The notes under the pieces are model-generated. The model had not been told where the DNA came from and searched no databases. It saw nothing but the letters and a program-made list of their open reading frames with translations. From the IMG/VR virus record IMGVR_UViG_2899018882_000006, positions 341 through 64,340 of that record: a stretch of DNA of 64,000 nucleotides; one strand, given 5' to 3'. A program made the position numbers and the translations under genes. Position 1 is the stretch's first letter; each line of letters begins with the position of its first letter. Source of the DNA: a virus. This document shows, one piece after another, positions 1-7,992 of the stretch.

Positions 1-63
1 CTTGCGGAAACCATAGGCACCACCACAGCGGACCTTATACGCCGCCTGAAGGTCCTAGGGATC

Positions 64-435
64 GTGGAATACGTTAACGGACGCCACAGGATAACTCAGA
101 CGGCAATCCGCAAACGTTTCGGCAGGGTGTACCAGAGGCGGCGCAAGGGAGGAACGACGCTGAAATTCGACGTAATCCTGCCGGAGGGAATGGTTGAAGT
201 CGTGACGAACCTTGACGCAACGAACCTCCCGGAGACGGAAATTGAGGGTATGGCTAAGCAAGGCTTGTCTATGTCCGATATCGCAATGCTTGTCGGGTGT
301 AGCAAACAGGCGATACATAAACACCTCAATAGCCTTCCACCCCGACTGACGGATTGGCCAATTACCGGCACTTGGGAGGATGACGACGACGAGGGGCAAA
401 GTCGAGCCGTCAACCGTTCCGTCCTCGCTGCCTGA
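64..435 (+). CDS. Hypothetical protein with HTH-like C-terminus (start uncertain)
   Basis: GLSMSDIAMLVGCSKQAIHKHL resembles an HTH. Confidence 0.5.
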   Translation: MEYVNGRHRITQTAIRKRFGRVYQRRRKGGTTLKFDVILPEGMVEVVTNLDATNLPETEIEGMAKQGLSMSDIAMLVGCSKQAIHKHLNSLPPRLTDWPITGTWEDDDDEGQSRAVNRSVLAA

Positions 436-1066
436 GGGTCGTACCCCTTAAGAAGCCCAGAAATGCGCGGTTTAGCGTCAACCGTTCCGCTATATATAGT
501 GGACACCTAAGTTGAAACATCGGGTGAACCTTAGGCTGCAACATCGGAACGATGCATATCTAAGGAAGACCCCAATCCATACCAAGCATTCATTGAAGGT
601 GTGAGAAGATCTGAGCGGACCGCGAAGATAATAAAATCATAGGTTAACATCAGTGTTAACTTAAGGTGCTCCTAGATGTTAGGTTTGACTTAAGACAACA
701 GCTGATGTGGCATCTTAGATGTTTAGATCGCTTCGCTCCTTTCTCGAGACGGAATAGATGGTCTTCCCACCGAAGGTAACCCGTAAGGCTGACTTAGGCC
801 AGACTTCGGTACGAAGGTAAACCTAAGGTCATGCTTACATTCCACCCAAGGTTCACCCAGCTTGATCGGCTTCGCCTTGATCGTCCTCCCGTCTCGCTTC
901 TTACCTAGCATCCCCCATCAGTCAAACTTTAGTTAACCTATGGTGTCCACCCGAGGGCAAACCCCTTAAGCACCGTTAGCAGACGCATGAGCATCTGAAT
1001 GGAGCAACCTACCCGGAGCGCCTTCCTGCGTCTGTCAGCTACCTTAAAAATGGAAAGAGAGCAGAC

Positions 1067-1357
1067 ATGAATACGCCTGAAATTCAGCAATACAGCAGCC
1101 CGGATGTCCCTGAGGGTTATGGGACCATCATCAGTTATTTTATGGACAAGTTCAGTCACGTCCCCGAGACGCCACAGCAGGCGGTTGACGATGAACTGTT
1201 CAATGAGTGTGATGAATGGTGCTGCCATTACGCCAATAGGTTAGGACTTGCGATGCCTTTGGTTGAAGCTCCGACGGCACTTAAAGCGCTCGGCATTATG
1301 ACGCTGAACGCGTATCCCGAGGCGCTCCTAGAGATACGTCTTATCGAGATGCCATGA
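1067..1357 (+). CDS. Hypothetical protein
   Basis: 96-aa ORF, purine-rich RBS, stop overlaps RNase H start (ATGA). Confidence 0.65.
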   Translation: MNTPEIQQYSSPDVPEGYGTIISYFMDKFSHVPETPQQAVDDELFNECDEWCCHYANRLGLAMPLVEAPTALKALGIMTLNAYPEALLEIRLIEMP

Positions 1358-1947
1358 TGACGGTTGCTGACATGATTGAAAAATACCCAATACCCGTCAG
1401 CGACAAAGCGCACCTCGCTAGCGTTGCAGCCGGTCGTCATTACCTCATCGCGACCGATGGGGCATGCAAGGGAAATCCCGGTCGGGGCGGTTGGGGCATT
1501 ATAAAGCAACTCAGGGATGGCGACCACCTCCTCAGGCAAGCACCCAACGCCGGGAGGTCAGCCGAAAGTGTCACCACGAATGTACGCATGGAGATGACAG
1601 CAGCGCTCAAGGCCGTCGAAGGGATCACAGAAACGAACACCCCCGCCGTCATCCTGAGCGACAATGAAATGGTCAGCAAAGGAATGACTGAGTGGATCAC
1701 GGGATGGAAAACCAAGGGATGGCGGGGATCAAAAGGACCGTTAGCCAATGTCGACCTATGGCGGCAGCTTGACGCCGCTTGTGAAGGGAAGACGATCCAT
1801 TGGCTCTGGGTGAAGGGACATGCCGGGCATGAGCTTAACGAGATTGCCGACACGCTTGCAAGCAATGCTGCCTCGGGGAAATATCCAAATGGGCAGAAGA
1901 CCGTCAAGGCCTCACACCCTGATTGGTTTATCGACCATATAGCTTAG
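1354..1947 (+). CDS. rnhA: Ribonuclease HI
   Basis: TDGACKGNPGRGGWG, TTNVRMEM, ILSD, WKTKGW, NVDLW, WVKGHAGH, NEIADTLA motifs. Confidence 0.95.
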   Translation: MMTVADMIEKYPIPVSDKAHLASVAAGRHYLIATDGACKGNPGRGGWGIIKQLRDGDHLLRQAPNAGRSAESVTTNVRMEMTAALKAVEGITETNTPAVILSDNEMVSKGMTEWITGWKTKGWRGSKGPLANVDLWRQLDAACEGKTIHWLWVKGHAGHELNEIADTLASNAASGKYPNGQKTVKASHPDWFIDHIA

Positions 1948-2044
1948 CACGGCATCAGAGCAGGCTGGGCACTCAGTGTTATTCAACCCCGATGCCTTAC
2001 TGAAGTATGGACCGAAGGAAGCACGATAGGCTAAGCAGAGAGTT

Positions 2045-2069
2045 CCCCGTCGGGTTGCGCTCACGGGGA
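2045..2069. terminator. Hairpin between convergent rnhA and integrase
   Basis: TCCCCGT...ACGGGGA inverted repeat. Confidence 0.45.
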
Positions 2070-2107
2070 CCTATAGAACATCTTCCGCGTGACAATCAAC
2101 GGATTGC

Positions 2108-3358
2108 TTAAGCTGATTTCAGCCGGACTTCTGCTCCAACCACTTTCTTGATCGCCTTGAACGCCATCTCTAAGCGCACTTCAGCACCGCCGTAACGCTC
2201 ACTCATGCCACCACTGGAATGTCCGAGGACCAGGTTTCTGTCAAACTCGGATACTCCCGCTCTGGTCAATTTGTCTTCCATGCCATGGCGGAGGGAGTGA
2301 ACGGTATGTTTCGGGTTCTCGGAAATGGCGCGTAGGTGTTTCATAAGGGCAGCGGAAGCGCTATCTGCGCCACGTACGCGACCGTACCGGGGGAACAGAA
2401 ATGTGCTGCCTTCAGACTCTTTGAGAGCATCCTTAACGGCCTTCAGGGCGCAGCCAATCAACGGTACACGTCGGATTGATCCAACTGTCTTGAGGCGCCT
2501 ATGCTCATGGAAGACAAGGTCAAGGTAGGGGATTTGCCCTTTCAGGTACACGTCTGATCGCAAAAGCCCCGATATTTCACCAAGGCGGCACCCAGTCCCC
2601 TCCAAAATTTGCCAAAGGTTCCATATGTCCGACGCGGCGTTTGCCGACAGCCGTTCGCGCATAGCACTGACAACATCAGCGGGGAGGGGATCACGTTCCT
2701 CCCTTGCAACTCTCGCAGTTGTCTCCGCCTTAATCGGCAAGTTTTGAAATGGGTTCACAGCGTCCCGAACATCAAATTCCCGGATACCGAGATTGACCAT
2801 AGCGCTCACGTCGCACAGATAGCGTTTGACAGTTATCGGCTTCATTTCAAGCTCACTGAGCATCCGATCACGTACTTCTCTAGCATCCTCGCGTGTCAGC
2901 TTGGACAACAGACAATCGGGCGCGATGACCGCATGAAGGTGGCCCATAACGCGCTCTATACGGGCAGTTTTGTGGATTTCGTTTATATCGCCTTTGACGC
3001 GCTCTTGAACATAAAGCCGCTTAGCATCCTCCAGCGTGGGTTCAGAAGGCTTGTGTCTAATTGCCTGTAATGGCTTTCGCACAGGTGCACCGAGGCGGTG
3101 AGCGCTTTGTGGCTGAACGCTTTCAGGCTGTGGAGGTGTGTTCCTGTGGAGATCGGACTTGTCGTCCGGTGGCGAAATAAGGCGTTCAAATTCAGCATTT
3201 ACGCGGGGCCAATTTCGTAAGGCTTCACGTCTTGTCTCACCTAACAGGCGCTTGAACTCGCCCTTAGGAAGGAATGCTTGCGCCCCTCTGGGAACCCTTC
3301 GGCGGTAATGCCATGTCCCGAATTTTGTCTGGAATACGTACCTTAACAGCAAACCCAT
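2108..3358 (-). CDS. Tyrosine recombinase/integrase
   Basis: N-terminal WHYRRRVP arm-binding-like segment; TGCRLGEI, LKT, HSLRH, LGH, ERYG catalytic motifs; start taken at MGLLLRY. Confidence 0.93.
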   Translation of the reverse strand: MGLLLRYVFQTKFGTWHYRRRVPRGAQAFLPKGEFKRLLGETRREALRNWPRVNAEFERLISPPDDKSDLHRNTPPQPESVQPQSAHRLGAPVRKPLQAIRHKPSEPTLEDAKRLYVQERVKGDINEIHKTARIERVMGHLHAVIAPDCLLSKLTREDAREVRDRMLSELEMKPITVKRYLCDVSAMVNLGIREFDVRDAVNPFQNLPIKAETTARVAREERDPLPADVVSAMRERLSANAASDIWNLWQILEGTGCRLGEISGLLRSDVYLKGQIPYLDLVFHEHRRLKTVGSIRRVPLIGCALKAVKDALKESEGSTFLFPRYGRVRGADSASAALMKHLRAISENPKHTVHSLRHGMEDKLTRAGVSEFDRNLVLGHSSGGMSERYGGAEVRLEMAFKAIKKVVGAEVRLKSA

Positions 3359-3443
3359 TGTGGTCTTCCCGTGTACATGGGTGTGTACCTGAGGAGTGCT
3401 GAAGCGTTGATATTGTTGAAAAATAACGACAATTTGCGTTAAA

Positions 3444-3466
3444 TGGTGCGGTCGAGAAGATTTGAA
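3444..3466 (-). other. att-like site: 3'-end fragment of a tRNA (probably tRNA-Leu)
   Basis: Minus strand reads TTCAAATCTTCTCGACCGCACCA (T-loop remnant, acceptor strand, CCA); rest of tRNA absent. Confidence 0.75.
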
Positions 3467-3631
3467 AAGTCGCCGCATAGCCCGGAAAAGGTGGGTTTAG
3501 GTGTCCCACGTGTAATTAATTTCACGCAATACGTTTCAATAAGATAGCATCCCGGTGTCCCACGGACGGTTGGTATTATCCACGGGTTTCTTCGGCTGTG
3601 GAAAAGCCAGAAAAGCAGACCGGTAAAACGC

Positions 3632-3662
3632 AAAAAATCCCCGCCACCTTTCGGCAGCGGGG
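3632..3662 (-). terminator. Intrinsic terminator ending late operon
   Basis: CCCCGC/GCGGGG stem followed by T6 on minus strand. Confidence 0.7.
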
Positions 3663-3698
3663 CGTATCCTTGGGAGGATTAAGAGAATTGCAGTTTTC

Positions 3699-3911
3699 CT
3701 ACGGAGGGGCGTGAAGGGCACGGCAGGCATAACCCGCCGTTTCCGTCATGGCCCTGGGCACGAGTTGTATTACAAGCTCCTCACGGGTCATGCTGATATC
3801 CTCGATCAGTCGAAACACCGGCCGGTGAACGAGAAAAGCGAGGAAGGCGATCAGCACCACCCACCCGAAGACCTTGTCGCCAATGCGTGAAGATTCCGCA
3901 GGTGTCGTCAT
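3699..3911 (-). CDS. Small single-TM protein (lysis cassette)
   Basis: Hydrophobic VFGWVVLIAFLAFLV; ATGA overlap with upstream gene. Confidence 0.6.
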   Translation of the reverse strand: MTTPAESSRIGDKVFGWVVLIAFLAFLVHRPVFRLIEDISMTREELVIQLVPRAMTETAGYACRALHAPP

Positions 3912-4213
3912 TTTCCACCTCTGAGCGCGCGAATGAAATCGAGCATCGTATTGCCGTCAATGTTCGCGGTGAACCGTGTGAGCGCGTAGCCCATCATTGC
4001 AAAAAGTCCAGCGACGCCGTTGCGATACGTCCCCGGTTCGAGCTGCATGAAATCAATAAATGGATCCGCCAAGACCGTCGCGCAGAAGAGACCGGCAGCC
4101 ACGCGCGTGATGGCGACCACGAACGAGTGACGCTCCGACGACATGACTGAGACGATCAGCCCCCCGGCAGTCGCCAGGATGAAGCCCATTTGCTCTTTGA
4201 AAAAATCGCCCAT
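3908..4213 (-). CDS. Putative holin
   Basis: ~101 aa, three hydrophobic segments, basic C-terminus, lysis context. Confidence 0.6.
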   Translation of the reverse strand: MGDFFKEQMGFILATAGGLIVSVMSSERHSFVVAITRVAAGLFCATVLADPFIDFMQLEPGTYRNGVAGLFAMMGYALTRFTANIDGNTMLDFIRALRGGK

Positions 4214-4458
4214 TATTCCCGCGCCCTTCTTACACCTTCGTCGAGCCGCTCCCACTCAGTCGCCAGTACATCGAGCTCCTTGGAGGGCGCGGCCTTTTCA
4301 AGGTAGCTGAGTATTGCCTGTTGCCTCGGCAGCGGCGTCGGGGCAGGACACGCCCGCCCCAATGCCAATTCACCCTGCGGTCCCGATGCGGTCACGCAGC
4401 CTGCGAGCGACATCAGAAGCAGTGCCCCTATCGGCCATGTCATTTTCATGTTGCTCAT
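4213..4458 (-). CDS. Putative o-spanin lipoprotein (Rz1-like)
   Basis: Signal peptide with LAGC lipobox, Pro-rich, overlaps i-spanin. Confidence 0.75.
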   Translation of the reverse strand: MSNMKMTWPIGALLLMSLAGCVTASGPQGELALGRACPAPTPLPRQQAILSYLEKAAPSKELDVLATEWERLDEGVRRARE

Positions 4459-4609
4459 CGGCTTTGCCCTGCAACTGCTTTGATATTTCGCTCACGGCGA
4501 CGGCGGCGCCGAGATCCTTCAGACTTCGCTCATAGCTCCAGTCCTTAAACAGATCTCGGATCAGCGAGGCGAGAGCCCCGGCCAGTACCGAAAGAACGGC
4601 CTCAAGCAC
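4370..4609 (-). CDS. Putative i-spanin (Rz-like)
   Basis: GTG start with AGGAG RBS, N-terminal TM then helical region, overlaps lipoprotein gene. Confidence 0.65.
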   Translation of the reverse strand: MLEAVLSVLAGALASLIRDLFKDWSYERSLKDLGAAVAVSEISKQLQGKADEQHENDMADRGTASDVARRLRDRIGTAG

Positions 4610-5129
4610 CGGCAGCTCCTTCGCCCTTTGACTTCTCGTCATATGGCACCAACTCGCCGACGGCCGGGTAGACTTGCAGCTTCGCCTCAAGGAGATCACC
4701 CAGGCGCTCTGGCGTCAGCCCGAAGAACTTGACCGCATCCGGTACGGACTTGAGAACGTAGTCGATCCCGGCGGCGAGCACGGCGCTCTTAACATCGATG
4801 GACGCCTTGCCGGCTTTGTCTTCGAGCTTATTGAGACCGAAGTTCACCGCATTCTTGAGTGCAGTCTGCAGGGCGTCTCGATGGCTTGCTTCGATACTCA
4901 GACCGGTGAGCTTGGTCCATTTCACGAGAAGCCAGCCCACTGCGGCCGCGATGAGAGCGTAGGCAGCTTCCATCAGATACGGCATGAAGATGTCGACGAT
5001 GGAGGAGACGGGGACTGAGGTGGAAGCATCCTGCGCCAAGGCACCGGCGACGGCACCAACGAGGATAATTGCTGCCCCTGCCATCGCGATGATGACATAG
5101 GCGGACAGTGCTTTGATGGAATAGTTCAA
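4602..5129 (-). CDS. Membrane protein, holin-like
   Basis: TTG start with AGGAG RBS; two hydrophobic segments; directly after endolysin. Confidence 0.55.
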   Translation of the reverse strand: MNYSIKALSAYVIIAMAGAAIILVGAVAGALAQDASTSVPVSSIVDIFMPYLMEAAYALIAAAVGWLLVKWTKLTGLSIEASHRDALQTALKNAVNFGLNKLEDKAGKASIDVKSAVLAAGIDYVLKSVPDAVKFFGLTPERLGDLLEAKLQVYPAVGELVPYDEKSKGEGAAGA

Positions 5130-5169
5130 GGGAGTTACTCCTAATTGAGCCGCCATGGCAGCTGATTGG

Positions 5170-6009
5170 TCAGGCGAGGTCAGCTTCCAGATCATCGAGA
5201 AGCTTGCGGATATCTGCGATTTTCTGTCGCTTCGGGTCTGGCTTTGCGCCGTTCTCGACAGCCGGGCCGTTGACAACTTGGAAGTCTGCCCGGCTTGCCC
5301 ACACGAGGTATCCGGCTGGCGTCTCGATTTGGATGCTGTTGCCGTCGACAGCGATGACCTCGACGGTCGTGCCAGAAGGAAGGCTGCCGTTGGCCGCCTG
5401 TCCCTTCACGCTACTCGTCTTCGCCCCGGTCGAGGTGATGGCAATGGCTCCTACGGGGATCGGCACGAGGACCACTTCCGGGGGTGCGGACATTGCAGCC
5501 AAGACCTCAGATCGCATCTTGCTGCCTACAGCGGCAGCGCCTATGACCGACGGCTCGAACACCAGCCGGGTGACGTCCCACTTATTCTTCTGCGTAATGC
5601 CGAGATTGCCCTGCACTTCCGCATGAAACAGGATGGTCTTGTTCGTGACTGCGATCTTGTAGAAGGCAGCCAGCTCGGCGACGACCTTGATGAACGCCGC
5701 CCACTGTTCTTTCGTGATCGGGTAAGCGCCAGGCTTGAACGGAGACTCGACCGCTCCGGCCATGGCGCACATGGAAACGCCGATGGAATCCGTGTTGCAG
5801 TTCAGGGTGTGCGCCGCATAACCATCCTTGAGAGAGCCGGAGTTGTCGGCGATGGATGCATTGCCCTTGACGACAGTGCCATCGCCTTCAATCAGAAGGT
5901 GGTAGGCTTTCTTGTCGGTGGCGTTCGCCTTGTTCGTTCCAGCCGTCCAGTGGCAGATGATGCGTTTCATCGAGACGGCCGGCATCCATTGCGCCGATAC
6001 GAGCGACAT
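5170..6009 (-). CDS. Endolysin, N-acetylmuramoyl-L-alanine amidase with SH3-like C-terminal domain
   Basis: IICHWTAG, YHLLIEGDG, AHTLNCNTDSIGVSMC, HAE, KWD amidase_2-type motifs. Confidence 0.85.
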   Translation of the reverse strand: MSLVSAQWMPAVSMKRIICHWTAGTNKANATDKKAYHLLIEGDGTVVKGNASIADNSGSLKDGYAAHTLNCNTDSIGVSMCAMAGAVESPFKPGAYPITKEQWAAFIKVVAELAAFYKIAVTNKTILFHAEVQGNLGITQKNKWDVTRLVFEPSVIGAAAVGSKMRSEVLAAMSAPPEVVLVPIPVGAIAITSTGAKTSSVKGQAANGSLPSGTTVEVIAVDGNSIQIETPAGYLVWASRADFQVVNGPAVENGAKPDPKRQKIADIRKLLDDLEADLA

Positions 6010-6100
6010 CTTGAAATCTCCGATTATATGAAAAGGTTCCCCACCTGCTCCGGGTGGAAAGGGGAGCAGGCAGGGACACGTCAGCCCGTGAGGACGACGA

Positions 6101-6343
6101 TCAGTCCCACAGAGTCTTGAACGACTGAGCCTGTTCTTCCTGCGAGATGGTGGGGAGGACGATCCTCAGCCCGGCCGGGAGCACCGGGCCGTAAGCGAAA
6201 AGACCTGGGTTGGCTTCCAGCAAAGCCTCGGTGTTCTTGCCGTGCTTGCCGTAATATTTGTAGGCAATGGCGTCGACCACGTCGCCGTCGATGGTGATGT
6301 AGACCTTCTGGCCGGTGATGCTCGTCACAATGCGGTTCAGCAT
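6101..6343 (-). CDS. Tail protein X (P2 gpX-like)
   Basis: GDVVDAIAYKYYG...LLEANPGL...LPAGLRIVLP...LWD. Confidence 0.9.
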   Translation of the reverse strand: MLNRIVTSITGQKVYITIDGDVVDAIAYKYYGKHGKNTEALLEANPGLFAYGPVLPAGLRIVLPTISQEEQAQSFKTLWD

Positions 6344-6352
6344 TGCCGCCTC

Positions 6353-7492
6353 CTATCCGATATTGGAACCGGGATCGCCGGTCAGGCTTGGCGCACCCGC
6401 TTCGAGACCGGATCTCGGTACTGCGCCAGCAGGGTTTGTTTTCGTGGACGACGAAGCAGACGAGGAGGAAGACTTGCCGGAGCTGGAGCCAGAGCCGCTA
6501 TTGTCATTCGGCTTCGTGCAGGACAGCGACGTTGTGTATGCACCGCTGGCTGAGAAGTTGTGAGTGACTGTCTTGATCGACCATACCCCGTCCACATTCG
6601 AGCGGCACCCGCTGACGACAGCGTTTGCTTCCGCCTGGGCGAAAGGCTCACCGTTAATCTCGAAAGTGGCGTCACCGCTGTCCCGGTTGAGCTTCTTAGC
6701 ATGGGCCTTCGCAGAACGCTCAGCTTCATCCTTGTCCTGACGCGGTGTACGGATTGTGAACGTCGGCCCATCAAGCCCGGTCGATACTTCGACGGACTCT
6801 TTCTTGTTCTTCTTCCGATCGTAGTAAGATGCTTCCACCTTTGAATGCCGGGGCTCATCTTTCTCCGTGACGGAATATTTCAAGAGGTTTAAACCGCGCG
6901 CCACTACCACATTCGGAAGAGCCACACCGCTCGCTGCCTGACCCTCTCCGCGAGCAATAACGACGAGACGTCCAGCCTTAACCGAAACCGATGCATTCAG
7001 CTTGTCGCCAATGCGGGCCAAGAACTCCAGCGAGTTCTCCTCGGTCTGCGCCTCGTAGACGTTGACCGTCGCTTTGACGCTATCGGAGATCATAAGGGAT
7101 AGTCCGACTCTCCCGGCCACGTCCGAGAATATATCGCCGTAGGTTGCGAAGTCTTTCTTAGGATACGCCTTCGGGTCTCGCTGTTTGGCGAGCTCTTTGG
7201 CGGCAACGGATTTCGCCTGAATCGTGATCTGCTGAGGCCAGCCAGAGAAGACGACAGAATCCACAGAGAATTGGCCGAAGTCTCTCATCTTGCTTTCATA
7301 GCCACCGACTGGATTCAGGATCGCTCCCGTTTTCGGTGCGGCGACAGATCCGTCAACGTCTGAAATCACAATGGACAGTGTGTCTGACTTGGACCCGACA
7401 CCGTCCGTAATCGTCATGGTCACGCCAGATCCGGCGATCCGACCTGTGATGTCCACGCCATTGGCGCTGATCGAGAATTTAGGAACCGGCAT
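6353..7492 (-). CDS. Baseplate hub / late control D protein (P2 gpD-like)
   Basis: NGVDITGRI, SDTLSIVISD, QTEENSLEFLARI; synteny. Confidence 0.88.
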   Translation of the reverse strand: MPVPKFSISANGVDITGRIAGSGVTMTITDGVGSKSDTLSIVISDVDGSVAAPKTGAILNPVGGYESKMRDFGQFSVDSVVFSGWPQQITIQAKSVAAKELAKQRDPKAYPKKDFATYGDIFSDVAGRVGLSLMISDSVKATVNVYEAQTEENSLEFLARIGDKLNASVSVKAGRLVVIARGEGQAASGVALPNVVVARGLNLLKYSVTEKDEPRHSKVEASYYDRKKNKKESVEVSTGLDGPTFTIRTPRQDKDEAERSAKAHAKKLNRDSGDATFEINGEPFAQAEANAVVSGCRSNVDGVWSIKTVTHNFSASGAYTTSLSCTKPNDNSGSGSSSGKSSSSSASSSTKTNPAGAVPRSGLEAGAPSLTGDPGSNIG

Positions 7493-7992
7493 TAGAACCC
7501 AAGCCTCAGAGATGCGCTGAACGAACCGCTCGATCCGATGCCAAGGCTGAGTGAGATCCCGCCAGCCGACAGAGACAGCGCCGCCATGCGCGCTGCTGAC
7601 TGATCGTATCTCTTCAGCTTCAAGCTGACCGTCACGGTCTGCGGCGTGCCTGCATTGTCGAACGTCGTTTCTTCATTGCTGATCGACGTCGCCAGCCACA
7701 TGCCGAAGATGTTCTGTCCAGCTCCGTTAACATGGACAAGGTGAAGAGGGAGCTGCGCATTGACAGCCTCTCTTACACCCGCGAGCTGACTCAGCCCCCG
7801 ACCATTGAAATGCCGGGGGTGAAAGGTTGAGCTGAGGGTTATCTCCTCAGCGCCGGGACCAAGGCGATGCATAAGAGGAGCGGCGCCAATGATAGGCTGC
7901 TCCTCCATGCGCGGCGACAGGGACCGGCTGATCGTTTCGACCGAGTAGTTCGGTACGGTGAACCGGAACGGTCCCCATGCCATAAGCATCAT
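7492..7992 (-). CDS. Tail protein (P2 gpU-like)
   Basis: MLMAWGPFRF...LGPGAEEITLS; follows tape measure. Confidence 0.85.
   Translation of the reverse strand: MMLMAWGPFRFTVPNYSVETISRSLSPRMEEQPIIGAAPLMHRLGPGAEEITLSSTFHPRHFNGRGLSQLAGVREAVNAQLPLHLVHVNGAGQNIFGMWLATSISNEETTFDNAGTPQTVTVSLKLKRYDQSAARMAALSLSAGGISLSLGIGSSGSFSASLRLGF

Larger units (their letters stand above)
1..3443. mobile_element. Right end of an integrative element/genomic island (integrase, RNase HI, hypotheticals), probably distinct from the prophage
   Basis: Tyrosine integrase next to a tRNA 3'-end fragment; separated from the phage late operon by its terminator. Confidence 0.6.

Noticed and set aside
1354..1947. Retron/DGR or other reverse-transcriptase system suggested by RNase H
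   Set aside because: No reverse transcriptase ORF or template/variable repeat pair was seen in the window.
3444..3466. Intact tRNA gene
   Set aside because: Only the 3' fragment is present; no D-arm or anticodon arm follows.
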